DNA of 64,000 nt. Origin: Azolla caroliniana (Eukaryota > Plantae > Polypodiophyta). A program made the translations under genes and the position numbers. This document shows, in pieces, positions 22,293-35,596 of this stretch. Below the pieces are notes generated by a model. That model saw only the letters and a program-made list of their open reading frames with translations. It did no database searches and was not told the DNA's origin. Location: assembly GCA_043228905.1 (NCBI GenBank), contig JBHGNT010000014.1, positions 3,162,001 through 3,226,000 on the forward strand, read 5' to 3'. Numbering within the stretch: position 1 is the first letter of the stretch; each line of letters begins with the position of its first letter.

Positions 22293-23776
22293 GCGTGATC
22301 CTTCTACTTGTGAATGCGAAAGTGTTAAAGGTAGATTTTGTCACATTCTTGACTCGAACCTCCGACCTATAACACACCTAGTGCATAATGTTGTGTTAGA
22401 CTGTTGAGAGATCAAGCTCAACTAGAGTTAGTTAGTTAGTCAACCATGTAACTTCGTAGTTACCTAGATAGAAAATAGTTAGAAGTGTTGAGTATAACGC
22501 CTTAAATAGGACCTTGTACTTAAGTAGCATATTCTAGATCCTCCACTCCCAAGGTCATTTAATATAGGACTTACACGGTTGTACCTATATTCTCCTCACA
22601 CATGTGCACCCTTGCACATGAGATCTATGTATACCTCATTGATGGCATTTTTGTATTTGATGATGCTTTCTAATATAGTTACTCATCCCCCATCTTGTGT
22701 TGTTCATAAGTGTATCTTCGTCTCTCTCTTCCTCTCACACACATACACACACATATCACATAATCTTCCGCGCTTAACTTAATCAAATAATTAGGTACTA
22801 ATTAACTTGTAGTTAATTTCCTAATGCGTAACATGGTATCAAAGCGTGTGGTTTAGCACATCCACTAAGCCCATCTGCCTCTTCATAATTGTGTGTTCGA
22901 AACGCCAAGGACGAATTTCGGCTATTTGCTACTGTAGTGCCGCTACGTAGCACGAGTAAGTGATCGAGTGAAGGAAATCGAAAAAGGAAGATACTACATC
23001 AAAATGAACACACAAATGGGTAGCTCGCTCCCTAGTGAAAAGCTAGACTAGAGCATTTATTCATCTTGGGAGTAAAGATGACCCAATACCTTGTCGGCCA
23101 AGGGTATTGGAGCTACATCAACGACGCTCAAGAAAATCGACCCGACCCAAAGAACTCCGACTACTCAACATGGGAGCAAGCGGCGAGTTGAGTCATGCAT
23201 TGCTTGTTAACATGTGTCCACGAACACATGCTTAGCCACATTCAAGACGCCAAGACGCCTAAAGAAGCGTGGGCGAACTTAAAGAAAATGTTCGCTGCCA
23301 ACACAACTACCCGAAAGCTTCAACTCCGACAAGAGTTGAACAACATTCGACAAAAAGACATGTCCGTGTCGAACTACACCGCCAAGACAAAGAGCATTTG
23401 CAACTCGTTTGGCTCCATCAACATAATCCTCGACGAAGACGAGATGGTTCAAGTATGTTTGGGCGGCCTCGCACAACGATTCGACTTGTTGAGGACGGCA
23501 ATCTTGGCGAAGGAAAACCCTCCTTCGTTCTTCGACCTTCAATCAATGCTAATGGTTGAAGAGAACCACGTCCAAACCAAAACCAAGGCATCGGAAGGAC
23601 AAATGTTCTTTTCGAATTCAGATGGAGGTCGAGACGGTAGAAGAGGTCGATTCGACCCATCACACGAAGGGAACTCAAACCTTCGACAACAAGACAGAAG
23701 CCATCAAGGGACCTTCGGAAGAAGGGGGAGCTTCCATGCCGAACAAGGTCAACAAATGTGGCCCATTGCTTGCAAC

Positions 23777-25308
23777 CATAGAATGAACCATACATATTAT
23801 ACATGATTCACATTCGAGAATGATTCAATCAAATGTGTATGGTAAATCATCTCAAAGTAGGATTGGATTGACTATGGTCTATATTATATATTGATTCACT
23901 CTCAATCCCAATAAGTGGACTCTAATCCATTGTGAACCACTAATATAAGTATGGTTGCATTGTATCACATGCATACTTTTGGGATGCTTCTTAAGAATCA
24001 AGACATCTCTATCATCCTCACTTTAGAACTTTACATAAAAATGAGTATGAACAATAGAGATTGAATCAAAATATGTCATTATAAATTATAATCAAACATT
24101 CAAAAACTCATAAAACGTATATTCGAGAATATGAAAAAAACATGACATAGGCAGTAGTAGCATAACAACTTACCATTTGGGTGAGCTAATTTCTAATAAC
24201 AAAGAAAGAAAAAAGAAACGATAAAAAACTCCTGTTGAGAATCAAGCTCAACTTGGTCTAGTGTGTGAACTCACCTTGAGAGTGAAAAGACACTCCAACG
24301 GTCAAGAGTCACCATTATGTCACCTCTTTGTATTCTAGCATTTAGTATGCGTCATAGAATCATATTCTATGACACATAACCTATGAGCTTTCACATTCCC
24401 CATGCTCCATGAGTCTTGTAGTTAATGAAGAGAGAGGGTGACTATATAAAGCACCCTCCTCCCACCTTGTATAATGTTGAGTCTTTCTCCTTTACTTTAC
24501 GTATTCTTTACTTTACTTTACGTTAATATACTTTACTTTACTTTACGTATTCTCTGTGTCTTACTCCTCGTCTCTCTCACTCTCTCACTCACTTACTCTC
24601 TCTCTCATACACAGACACAGTTCACACCTATTCCGCTACACAAGAATCATACCCGATTCTTTACAACTCCTAAAACATATATTCGAGAATATGAAGAAAA
24701 CATGACATAGGTGGTAGTAGCATAACAACTTACCACTATGGTGACATAATTTCTAATAAGAAAGAAAGAAAGAAAGAAGGAAAGAAAGAAAAAGGAACAT
24801 GACACTAACATAAAATTTTGCCATGACATAGGCAGTAGTAGCATAACAACTTACCACTAGGGTGAGCTAATTTCTAATAACAAAGAAAGAAAAAGAAGAA
24901 AAGGAAACATAACACTAACATAAAATTTTGCCATGACACTAACAAGAGAACATGAGAAAGTTGGGAATTGAACCCAAGACACAAGTAATAGTAACACGAC
25001 AACTTACCACTAGGTTGTGCTTAGTTCTAATAATAAGAAAAGAAAGAAAAAGAAACTATTATAACACAAACATAAAATTTTGCTATGATATAGTACTATT
25101 GAGAGAGATAGATAGATGAGAAAGTTTGGAATCGAACCCAAGACATAAACAACAATAACATGACTCCTTACCACTAGGGTGAGCTGAATTTGTGATGACA
25201 ATAAATCAAAAAAATGAAAATGAAAGGAGCACGTATTTTTCCCTTTTTTAAATGTGTTCGTTTCCAAACGTTTGAATGCTTGCACGAACACGAATATTAC
25301 ATTCTATG
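23777..25308. mobile_element. hAT-type non-autonomous element inserted in Copia gag
   Basis: TIR CATAGAATG/CATTCTATG; perfect 8-bp TSD CTTGCAAC; internal ~120-bp repeats. Confidence 0.85.
24233..24665 (+). mobile_element. Solo LTR (Copia-type) inside the hAT element
   Basis: TGTTGAGAATCAAGCTCAAC...TTTACA with perfect 5-bp TSD ACTCC. Confidence 0.85.
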
Positions 25309-27762
25309 CTTGCAACTATTGCGGCAAAATTGGCCACCGCGAAGAGGAGTGTCGGAGAAAGAGAAGCGAGTCAGCTTCGATAAGCTGACAACTCACAAAC
25401 TACGCCAACAACTCTGAATACGATGACTACGGTGGTCTATTCGTGATAAGACATAGAGTGAACTCTATGATAGCTTCCGACTCCACGAGCACCTCCAACT
25501 CGGAAGACGTGTGGTTTGTCAATTCCGGCGCCTCACATCACATGACATCCCAGGAAGAGTGGTTCAGTGATTTGCGCACACCTGATCGACTTGGCGTCAT
25601 AGAGACGGGAGACGACACCACACATCCCATTCAACACATCAGCAATGTCCCATTCGGGAAAGAAAGAGAGCAAACTTGCATCAAGAATGTCTTGCACGAG
25701 CCCATAATAATGAAGAATTTGGTCTCGGTCAGCCAAATCGTGGAGCAAGGCATGCAAGTTCGCTTCAACAACGAAGGTTGTTTCATCGAGAAAGATGGCC
25801 AACTCATAGCCAAGGGACGGAGAGACGGTCGAATGTTCATCCTCGATTCAAACGAGGTCATAAGCGGCCATGTATGTCAAAGGTCTCAAAACTGAGACAA
25901 GCATCAAGTTGTGGCACAGAAGAATTGGCCACATAAACCTCCAACGGCTTCGAGCAATGCAATCAAAGGGAGTCGTCATCAGACTTCCGACATTTGAGTC
26001 GAAATGAGTCGACCGAGTATGCGAAGCATGCCAACTTGGCAAACAACATTGACTCCCATTCCCGAAGGAGAGCTACATGATCAAAGGCCTCCTCGACGTC
26101 ATACACTCGGATGTATGGGGACATGCTCAAACGCTAACGATCGGCGGATGCCGATTCTACATCACCTTCATCGACGACTACTCGCGCTACACGTGGATCT
26201 TCCCGATGAAGAAGAAGAGAAAAGTGTTCTCCCACTTCAAAAAGCTCAAGGGCCAAGTCGAAAAAGAAACCAGTCAGCACATTCGATGCGTATGATTAGA
26301 CAGAGGAAATGAGTACTTCTCCGCTGAATTCACCTCCTACCTCCAAAGTGAAGGCATTCGGAGAGAATGCTCATGCCGACACACACCCCAACAAAATGGA
26401 GTCGCCGAAATGAAAAATCAGCAAATACTCGACGTAGCACACGCCATGATGCATGAGAAACACATGCCGAACTTCTATTGGGCCGAAGCAGCATCCAAAG
26501 AAATCTATCTCATGAATCGATGCACCACCAATGGATTGCGTGAGCTAACTCCATACGAGCTCCTCGTCGAAAGGAAGCCGATCCTATCGCACCTCAAGGT
26601 GTTTGGAAGCTTTGGGAATGTATGCATCCCGGATGAACAATGATAGAAGCCCGACGCGAAGTTAGAGGAATGTATCCTTGTAGGATACTCATCCGAGAAG
26701 AAGGCATACAAGTACCTCAACCCCTCGACCCGAATGGTTCGGATAAGTCGGGATGTAGTCTTCGACGAATCAACATCTTGGTATAAGGCCGATTCGGCTC
26801 CACCTGACCCGACTGAGGAAGAGTTGAACGTCAACTTGACGATATTTGGACAAGCCCTTCGCCAAAGGACCGGCCAAGCTCTACCGAGATAAGTGGACCA
26901 CACGAAGTTCAAGCCTTCCAAGCACGTCGTGGCACAGTCTGAACTTGGAAAAAGGCAAAGGTAAGATGCCCAAATACGATGCACAGATTGTACATATATA
27001 TTTAAGAAAATTAGAGTCCTTCACTTGGTTCAAAGGGTGCAAAGTTTGAATCTCGACAATGCAAAGTGCGAAATTACTAAGTGTTTTATTCCTCCTTTCT
27101 TTTTGAAGGAAAAGAGGAATAAATGCATTCAATGTAGATGGGATGTTGTCTTCGTATAAAAAGAAGGGGAGAGCGCTCATTTGGGGGCTTCATAAATTTG
27201 TCTTCTTGAATTTTAATGCATTGGAGTTTTCTTCTTTGATTTTGGGTGTCAACAAACTACGGTTGTCTTTTCTTCTTTGACTCTTCTTTGTATTAGGTTT
27301 TCAACATTTTGGAGGTCTTCATTTCCGGCTCTTGTCTTTCGGCATTGGAAGCTTTGTTCTTGGAGTTATGTTGTAGTTCAATGGTGGTATTTCCATGAAC
27401 CAAAAAGAAATTGAACAAAAGAATAACAGAAGACATGTTTGTTGCTTTTCCTTTTGCTTATCTTTTTTTTGAGTACCTCATAGTTGAGGAGCAAGAGGAG
27501 AGGTATAAACTGAAGAATATCCCAACACGATCGAGGTTGCTGATGTGGAGGTGCACACTTAACTCGAGAGTGCCCCATTCGAGAAGGGGGTTCCTCTCGA
27601 GTGTCGGGTGCGCAAGTAGAGCTCAAGGAAGTAGAAGATGAGTGGGACTCCCAAGTTCAAGTTAAGGCATTGGCAATGAAGGTTTGCCTAATCGAGGCAA
27701 AAGAAACGAGTCCCAAACAGGAGGAACTGCGAGAGGCCAAAAGTGTGATTTTGGGAATCGGG

Positions 27763-28015
27763 TTTCTCCCAACCGAGATGGATGATGGCGGGACAAAGGA
27801 GGAATGAAGGTCTCAAAGGGCCTTAGAATGTGAGAGCGATTTCTTGTTTGATTCTTGTCATCCTCACAATTATCTTAATCATCACTCGAGTTTCTCCCAA
27901 CCAAGATGGATGATTGCAGGACGAAGGAGGAATGAAGGTCTCAAAGGACCTTAGAGTGTGAGAGCCATTTCTTGTTTGATTCTGGTAGTCCTCACAATTT
28001 TTTTAATCATCACTT
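27763..28015. repeat. ~128-bp direct tandem duplication
   Basis: TTTCTCCCAACC.AGATGGATGAT...GAAGGTCTCAAAGG..CTTAGA...TAATCATCACT occurs twice. Confidence 0.85.
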
Positions 28016-28150
28016 GGTGCAACAAATGCAACTTACACAAACGAAAGTGATCATGTGATCATGTCTATCAAGTTTACATGGAAAATGAAGGTGTCCAATA
28101 CATCAATGACATTGTTTGTCAGTGTTATATAAGCATGTGCTCTAGCAATT

Positions 28151-31100
28151 GGTGAACCATTCCGGTTCTTCCACCCGGCTCCTTCTGGCGTCACTCCGCC
28201 TTGCTCGCGCTCCTCGTTCGGTTCGGTCCCGTTTGCCGCGACCCTTCTGATTCTGCGCACCTCAACCTCCTCGGTCGACTTGTTTGCTCAACAGGGGCCC
28301 AATTCAGCTCCCTCGCTGATGTGACTTCGACGCTTGCCGATTCACTGATTCCTTCGTGTTAGCATTGACTTTCGCTGTCTTCTCGTCCTCTTGGCCTTGA
28401 ATTGATTTGGTTCTTCCGAATCCATCGTTGAACCGAATCGGTTGTCTCCGATTCATTCCAACTCTTCTTCGAATTGGTCGCTCCCGATTCGTCTCCTGAT
28501 ACCAGGCCCTTCACCACATCGGACCATCTCCGGGTCTTGGCCTTCTTCTTCCGATGGGCTATGTCCCTTTTAACTCTGCCTTTGTTGGTTCTTCCCTCAC
28601 CGGTGCAATCAGTAGTTTCTTTGCCTTTGCCCATTCCGGTGTCTCTGCCCGTTCGCCCCCTCAAGTGTGGCACGTTGAGATGCTGAACACCAAGCATTTC
28701 GGTGAAGTGTTGCAACTTGTCCGATCTGAGCGGTTTGGTGAAGATGTCGGCAACTTGCCGATCCGTATGAACATACCGAAGTTCGACTTCACCGCTCAGG
28801 ACACGCTCATGCACGAAGTGGTAGTGCACTACTATGTGCTTCGTGCGAGCATGGAATATGGGGTTCTTGGCGAGCTACATGTTGCTGATGTTGTCGTAGT
28901 AGATTAGGATCAAAGTCGGCACCTCGATCCGCAGATCTTGCAGCAGTCGCCGAAGCCAAATGGCTTCACAGGTGGCAACGGTAGCGCCTTGGTATTCAGG
29001 CTCAGTGCTCGAAAGGGCCATTGTTGGCTGCTTTTTGCTGCTCCACGCAACAACCGCGCTACCCAGGGAAAACATATAGCGGGAGGTGGATCGGCAATGC
29101 AATGCATCGCCGGCCAAGTCGGCATCGGTGTAGCCGACTAGCTCTTATGTTATACCATGCCGGTATAACAGTCCCCGGTCCTTCGTGCCGCTCATATATC
29201 GCAAAATTCGATGCGCGCACAGAAGGTGCTCCACGATCGGCTTCTGCATATATTGGCTGATCACGCCAACCAGATAACTAATGTCGGGTTGGGTGATTGT
29301 CAAATATATAAGGCTTCTGGCGATTTGTCGGAACCGCTTCTCATTGCAGGACGGTCTGGAGTCGGGACATGGTTCTAGTCCAAGGGTGTGGAGATTGGTC
29401 GGCATTCCGTCATGCCGAACTTGTACAACATATTCAACACATAGTGCCTTTGTGAGAGCAATATGCTGTCAGGGGTTCGGATTACCTCGATCCCAAGGAA
29501 ATAGTGAAGGTCCCTTAGGTCCTTCATCTCAAATGCTTCCGACAGCTGGGACTTGACTCCGCTGATTTCATCGAGTCCGGGTCCGGTGATTACTAGATCA
29601 TCAACATACAGCAAGATGCAAACTGGACTGTCTGAACCTTGTTGAATGAACAACGAAGAGTCGGACTTGGAGGCCGCAAACCCCATCTTATGCAACCGGT
29701 GCGTGATCTTCGCATTCCAAGATCGGGGGGCTTGCTTCAGGCCATAAAGTGACTTCTTCAGCTGGTATACCGCCGACTTGTTCATCTCCGACTGAAAACC
29801 GAGGGGTTGGGTCATAAAGACCTCTTCTTCAAGATCACCTTGAAGAAATGCATTCTTCACGTCCATCTGGTGAAGATGCCACCTCCTTGTTGTAGCATCC
29901 GCCAGCACCACACGGACCGTCGTCATCTTCGCTACCGGAGCGAAGGTCTCATCATAGTCGATTCCGTGGGTCTGCGTGTATCCCTTCGCCACTAACCGGG
30001 GCTTGTACCGGTTAACTGAATCGCCAACATTGTACTTTACCTTGTACACCCACTTACATCCGATCGGTTTATAGTGTCGGGGAGGGTCAACCAGGTCCCA
30101 TGTGTCGTTGGCATCAAGTGCCCGCATTTCTTCCTCTATAGTGGCACACCAATTTGTGTCCTATGCCACTTCTGCGTAGCTCTCCGGCTCACGCACTTCT
30201 GCCACCTTAGTCATGTATGCATAATGATGCGCCATGTACTCATTGTACCCATACCGCTTCACGGGGTTCTTCTGGCGGGAAGACTGTTGTATCTTATCGT
30301 TACCCGGTTTGAGGCCCTTCTTGGCCGGTTCGGTCTTTGTTCCCAAAGATATGCCTTCATCCTTTCCGGAGTCGGATTCTCTCCGGTCCGACTCAACGTT
30401 GCCAGTTTCGTATTCCGGCATCTTCTTCTTCCCCTTCTCTTTGTGCGTGAATCGTCTCCTCGGTTCCTTGCGTGGGGAGAGCACGATAGAGTCTCCAGTA
30501 CTCGCCGGTTCCTCATCCTATTGGTCATCCTATCACCGGGGCATGCTCTTCTCCTCCAGCATTGCCCTTGCCACGTCGACAACCGACTTGTTCTTCCTTT
30601 CGGCCACACCGTTTTGCTCCGGTGTGTATCTGTAGCTGAATTCCATTCTGCTGCAGATAATTGTTGAATTGGCTGGAAAAGTATTCTTTCCCGCCGTCCA
30701 ACCGCAAGCACTTGATCTTCCTCTCCGTTTCCCGTTCAACCAGGCTTTGTAGGTTCCAGAAACACTCGAAGACTTCGCTCTTCCGCTCAATAAGGTAGAT
30801 CCATGTGTGCCGGCTGTAGTTATCGATGAAGGAGACGAAATACCGACTCCCGCCAAGACTAACATTTTGTGCCGGTCACCATACATCCGAATGAATAAGG
30901 TCGAGCTTGTTACGGCTACAGTTTCGGTCAGTGGGGAATGGAAGTTGGTGTTGCTTTCCGAGTTGGTAGGCTTCACAAATTTCGGCCTTTCGGCTGCTAA
31001 ATTTCGGCAAACCGAAAACGACTTGTTTCAATTGGAGGTCTTGAAGCGTCTGGTAATTGACGTGGCTGATCCGCTTGTGCCAAAGATTGATATCCGATTC

Positions 31101-32606
31101 AATCTTCTGTCCTTTGGCGAACAAAGCGGTGCCGACGTCATTGATGTCAAGGATAAACATCCTCCCGTCTTTGCGCCCTTGCGCAATGATTTGGCCCTCT
31201 TCCTCGATGAAGCACCCAAGGTGCGTAAACCACACATGCATCCCCTGGTCGACAATCTATCCAACCGACACCAGGTTCTTCGTGATAGTCGGAACATGTA
31301 ATACGTTCATCAGCTTCCCCCTCTGTCCGACGTGGCTCAAAGGGACTTCTCCGACATGCACGATTGGGTGAGGAGTGTCGTCTCCGGTTTCGACAACTCC
31401 CGGTTGTTTCGGTTTCTCTAGGAATGAGAACCACTCTTTGTGGCTCGTCATGTGATTCGACGCACCAGAGTCAATGCACCACACTTCCTCCGATTTAGAA
31501 GTGGTCTTCTTCATTGAGTTAGCCTCGTGTTTCATCACCAAGGCTAGCCGTTTACCGGCTTTTCTGGTTTTGGATCCTGCCGATCCTTTTGCGTAGTGCG
31601 AGTATTGCCGATTCTCTCTACCGGCCTTGCCGGATCTGGATCTGTTCGAATCAACACACTTCTTCCAACACTCGATTTCTTTGCGGCCCTTTTTACCATA
31701 ATACCAGCATTCCGTGTTGACTCCCCCTACTTGTGGAGGTTCCGGAACTGCTGTCAGTACGTTCTCTGTGCCTTCGGTCCTGCATTTGCCGGCCGCTACC
31801 ATTGCGAGCCAACCCACCTCGTCCACCATGCCCAAAGGGCCGATCCGCCTCCGTGTACAACATTTGGCTGTCAGTGGGTGCACTTGTTGATGCACCAGCG
31901 TGGTTCTCCTCTACGAGCATCGATTGTAAGTCGAAAAATGACGACGTATTCTCCCTTGTACATACCGCCGTTTGGAATGCTCTGAACTTAGATGCTAGGC
32001 CCCCAAGAAAGATCTGCACCATCTCATCTTCCTCTACAGTGACGTTGATAGAGGCAAGTGAGGTATAGATCTCTTTGATTCGGGCCATGTAATCGGCTAT
32101 CAACATGTCCTTCTGTTGGACATTGCTCTACTCCTGTCGGAGTTGCAGCTTTTGGGCCGTAGTGCTTGCCGCGAAAACCTTCTTTAGGTTTCCCCAAGCT
32201 TCTTTTGGCGTCTTGGCATCTCAGACATGGCTCAGGAGTTGGTCTCCGACACTGGACACAAAGAAGTACATCACTCTACTTGCCGCTTGTTCCCACATTG
32301 GGAAGTACTTGTGTGCTGCATCAGGTGTTGTGTCGTTAGCTCCGTCGACATAGCTCCAGTAACCATGCCCAAGCATTTACTGGTGCATCTTGTATGACCA
32401 AGATGCGTAGTTGGATCTGTCGAGCTTCTCCACCAGGAGCGAGCTAGCCATTCCTCTGTCCATCACTTCTCTTTCTGTTTTTACCGGGTCTTAGGGTTTG
32501 TCTTCAGATGCTGATGTCGGCTGTAGAGGTTCTCAACCCTCGCGCTCTGATACCATGTAAAAACAAAGGTGCGGAAGCATCAAACAAACTGGCTTTGTCG
32601 GATAGC

Positions 32607-32690
<84 letters not shown>

Positions 32691-33062
32691 AACATAGAGT
32701 GTACGCAGGAGAGATAATGAGCAGAATGTTAAAAATCAATTGCAAAACAATAATAGTTCTCTCTGTATATACAATGTGCTCAACAACACTATTTATACAA
32801 GTCCTAAGAGGACTGATAGAAGTACAATGTACTTCAATGCTCATACGAGCGTCTGACACTAACTACGAGTCATTAACTACCTAGTAGTCTAGGCTGCTAC
32901 TAGGCTTCTGGTTACTGCAGGATCCGGTTAACTGTCTCCCCATCTCATCGGCTCACTTGCTCACCAGCTCACCGGCTCACTGATCCGACTCATCCTTCCG
33001 GATGCCGATCCGGCTCATGCTTATTCAGCCGATCAAGATCCGGTTGAGCTTGCTGCTCAACA
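28151..33062 (-). mobile_element. Copia element: 5' LTR 33062-32556, PBS, gag-PR-INT (partly deleted)-RT-RH; 3' LTR not seen
   Basis: PBS at 32555-32544; IDSGASNHMT; LIHSDVW; HQMDVKNAFLQG; LLYVDDL; ADIFTKPL; (GA)n tract in the LTR. Confidence 0.92.
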
Positions 33063-35596
33063 CGCACCTTAACATTGACATGGTATCAGAGCACGAGGGT
33101 TGAGAACCTCTGCATCCGACACTTGCTTTCGTAGACGAACCCTAGAACCCGATAACAATAGATAGAGAGAAGATATGGACAGAGGAATGGCGAGTTCACT
33201 TCCAACAAAGAAGCTCGATCGGAGCAACTACGCGTCCTGGTCATACAAGATGCATCAGTACCTGCTGGGGCATGGATATTGGGGCTTCGTGGAAGGAACG
33301 GACGAGGTAGCGCCGGAGCCGGCACACAAGGACTTCCCGGTATCAGAGCAAGGAGCGAGCCGAGTATTGTACTGGCCTGTGTGCACGACCAGATGCTCGG
33401 CTACATAAAGGATGTAAAAATGCCGAAGGAGGCCTGGGGAAATCTGAGGAAGATTTTCGCCATGAGTACCACAGCCCGTAACTTGTAGATCTAGCAAAGA
33501 GACATGTCGGTTACGGATTACACCACCAAGATAAGGGAGATTTGTGACGCACTGGGGTCCATCAACGTGACGAGAGTTACGTAGAAGCGGCAAAGGACGC
33601 AAATTGGCGTGCCGCAATGGAGGAAGAAATGCGGGCACTCGATGCCAACGACACATGGGACCTCGTTGACCCTCCCTGACACTGTAAACCAATCGGTTGC
33701 AAATGGGTGTACAAGGTAAAGTACAATGCCGACGGTTTGGTTAACCGGTACAAGGCCCGGTTAGTGGCGAAGGGATATGCACAGACCCACGGAATCGACT
33801 ACGACGAGACCTTCGCTCCGGTGGCGAAGATGAGGACGGTTCGTGTGGTGTTAGCGGTTGTTGCGGCAAGGGGGTGGCATCTTCACCAGATGGACGTGAA
33901 GAATGTGTTTCTTCAAGGTGACCTTGAAGGACGGGTCTATATGATCCAACCTCCCGGTTTTCAGTCAGAGATGAACAAGTCAGCGGTGTGCTAGCTTAAG
34001 AAGTCGCTTTATGGTCTAAAACAAGCCCCCCGACCTTGGAATGCGAATATAACGCACCGGTTGCGTAAGATGGGGTTTGTGACCTCTCCGGACGGTCTGG
34101 TTTGAATATTACTTTATGTAGATGATTTAGTCATCTCTAGACCCGGACTCAATGAGGCATATTGCTCTCACAACGACACTATGTGTTGAATATGATGTAC
34201 AAGTTCAGCATGACAGAATGCCGACATGTCTCCACACCCCTGGACCGGAACCAGAAGCTACGTCCCGACTCCGGACCGGCCTATGATGAGAAACGGTTTT
34301 GATAAATAGTCAGAAGCCTGATATACTTGACAATCACCCGACCCGACATCAGTTATCCGGTCGGTGTGATCAACCAATTAATGGAGAAGCCAACAGTGGA
34401 GCACCTTCAATGCGCGCATCGAATATTGTGGTATGTGAGTGGCACAAAGGTATAACTGAAGAGCTAATCGGATACACAGATGCCGACTAGGTTGGTGATG
34501 CATCGGATCGCCGATTGACCTCTGGTTACATGTTTTCCCTTGGTAGCGCAACTGTTGCGTGGAGCAGCAAAAAGTAGCCAATAGTGGCTCTGTCGAGCAC
34601 TGAGGCTGAGTACCGGGGGGCTACCATTGCCACCTGTGAAGCCATCTGGCTTTGGCGACTATTGCGTGACCTCCGGATCGAGGTACTGACCCCGATCCTG
34701 ATCTACTGTGACAACATGAGCAACATTCAGCTCGCCACTCGAACAAAGCACATAGAAGTGCATTCTCACTTTGTTCGTGAGCGGGTCTTGAGCGGTGAAG
34801 TCGAACTTCGGTATTTTCAAACGGATCGGCAGGTTGCCAACATCTTCACCAAACCGCTCAGATCGGACATGTTGCAGCACTTTACTGAAATGCTTGGTGT
34901 TCAGCATCTCGATGTGCCGCACTTGAGGGGGAGAATGGGCAAAGGCAAAGAAATTGCTGACGGCATCGGACAAGACACCAGAAACGGAAGAACCAACAAA
35001 GGTGGAGACAAGAGGAAAAAGGAAGCCGAGTTGACGAAGGAAGTTGGCACATCCAAATAGGTCAAAAGGAGCGGCAGCGGCGGCAAAGGCAAGAAGGACA
35101 GAGTTGACCGGAAGGAGAAGGCCAAGACTCGGACATGGTCTGATGTGGTGAAGGGCCTAAAACTGGAAGATGAGTTGGAGAACATAGACTTGGACAAGAG
35201 TAGGAACAGATCGGAGACCAAGCGGACACAGACAAAGTGGAACTCGACGCCAACACGAAGGAACGAATAGGTCGAAAAGCGTCGGAGTCGCAGCAGCAAG
35301 GGAGCTGAAATGGGCATGTTGAGCAGACAAGCCGACTGAGGAGGTCGAGGTGCGCAGAACCAGAAGGGTCTCGGCAAACAGGACCAGACCAGACGAGGAG
35401 CGTGAGCAAGGCGGAATGATGGGTGGAAGGATCGTCTGCCACAGACACTAACACCACGATCCGACCTCAAGTTGAGCTTGAGGGGGAGTGTTGAGCGAGC
35501 AAGCTCAACCGGATCCGTATCAGTATCCGAAAACAACCGGCCAGATCGGGGAGACGAATCGGAGAGCTGGATTCGAGTGTGAACCGGAAGCCTAGT

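Larger units (their letters stand above)
22402..26985 (+). mobile_element. Copia element: 5' LTR 22402-22833, PBS, gag, protease, integrase; 3' truncated
   Basis: PBS TGGTATCAAAGC at 22834; CNYCGKIGHREEEC; NSGASHHMT; VIHSDVWG..FIDDYSR; PQQNGVAE; FYWAEA. Confidence 0.9.

Noticed and set aside
22340-22400. SINE head (GGTTCGAGTC on the minus strand)
   Set aside because: Isolated B-box with no clear A-box, tail or TSD.
8400-22401. TIRs for the transposase-MTase cassette
   Set aside because: I compared 8400-9490 with 17860-18192 and 22297-22401 by eye and found no convincing inverted match; the ends remain undefined.
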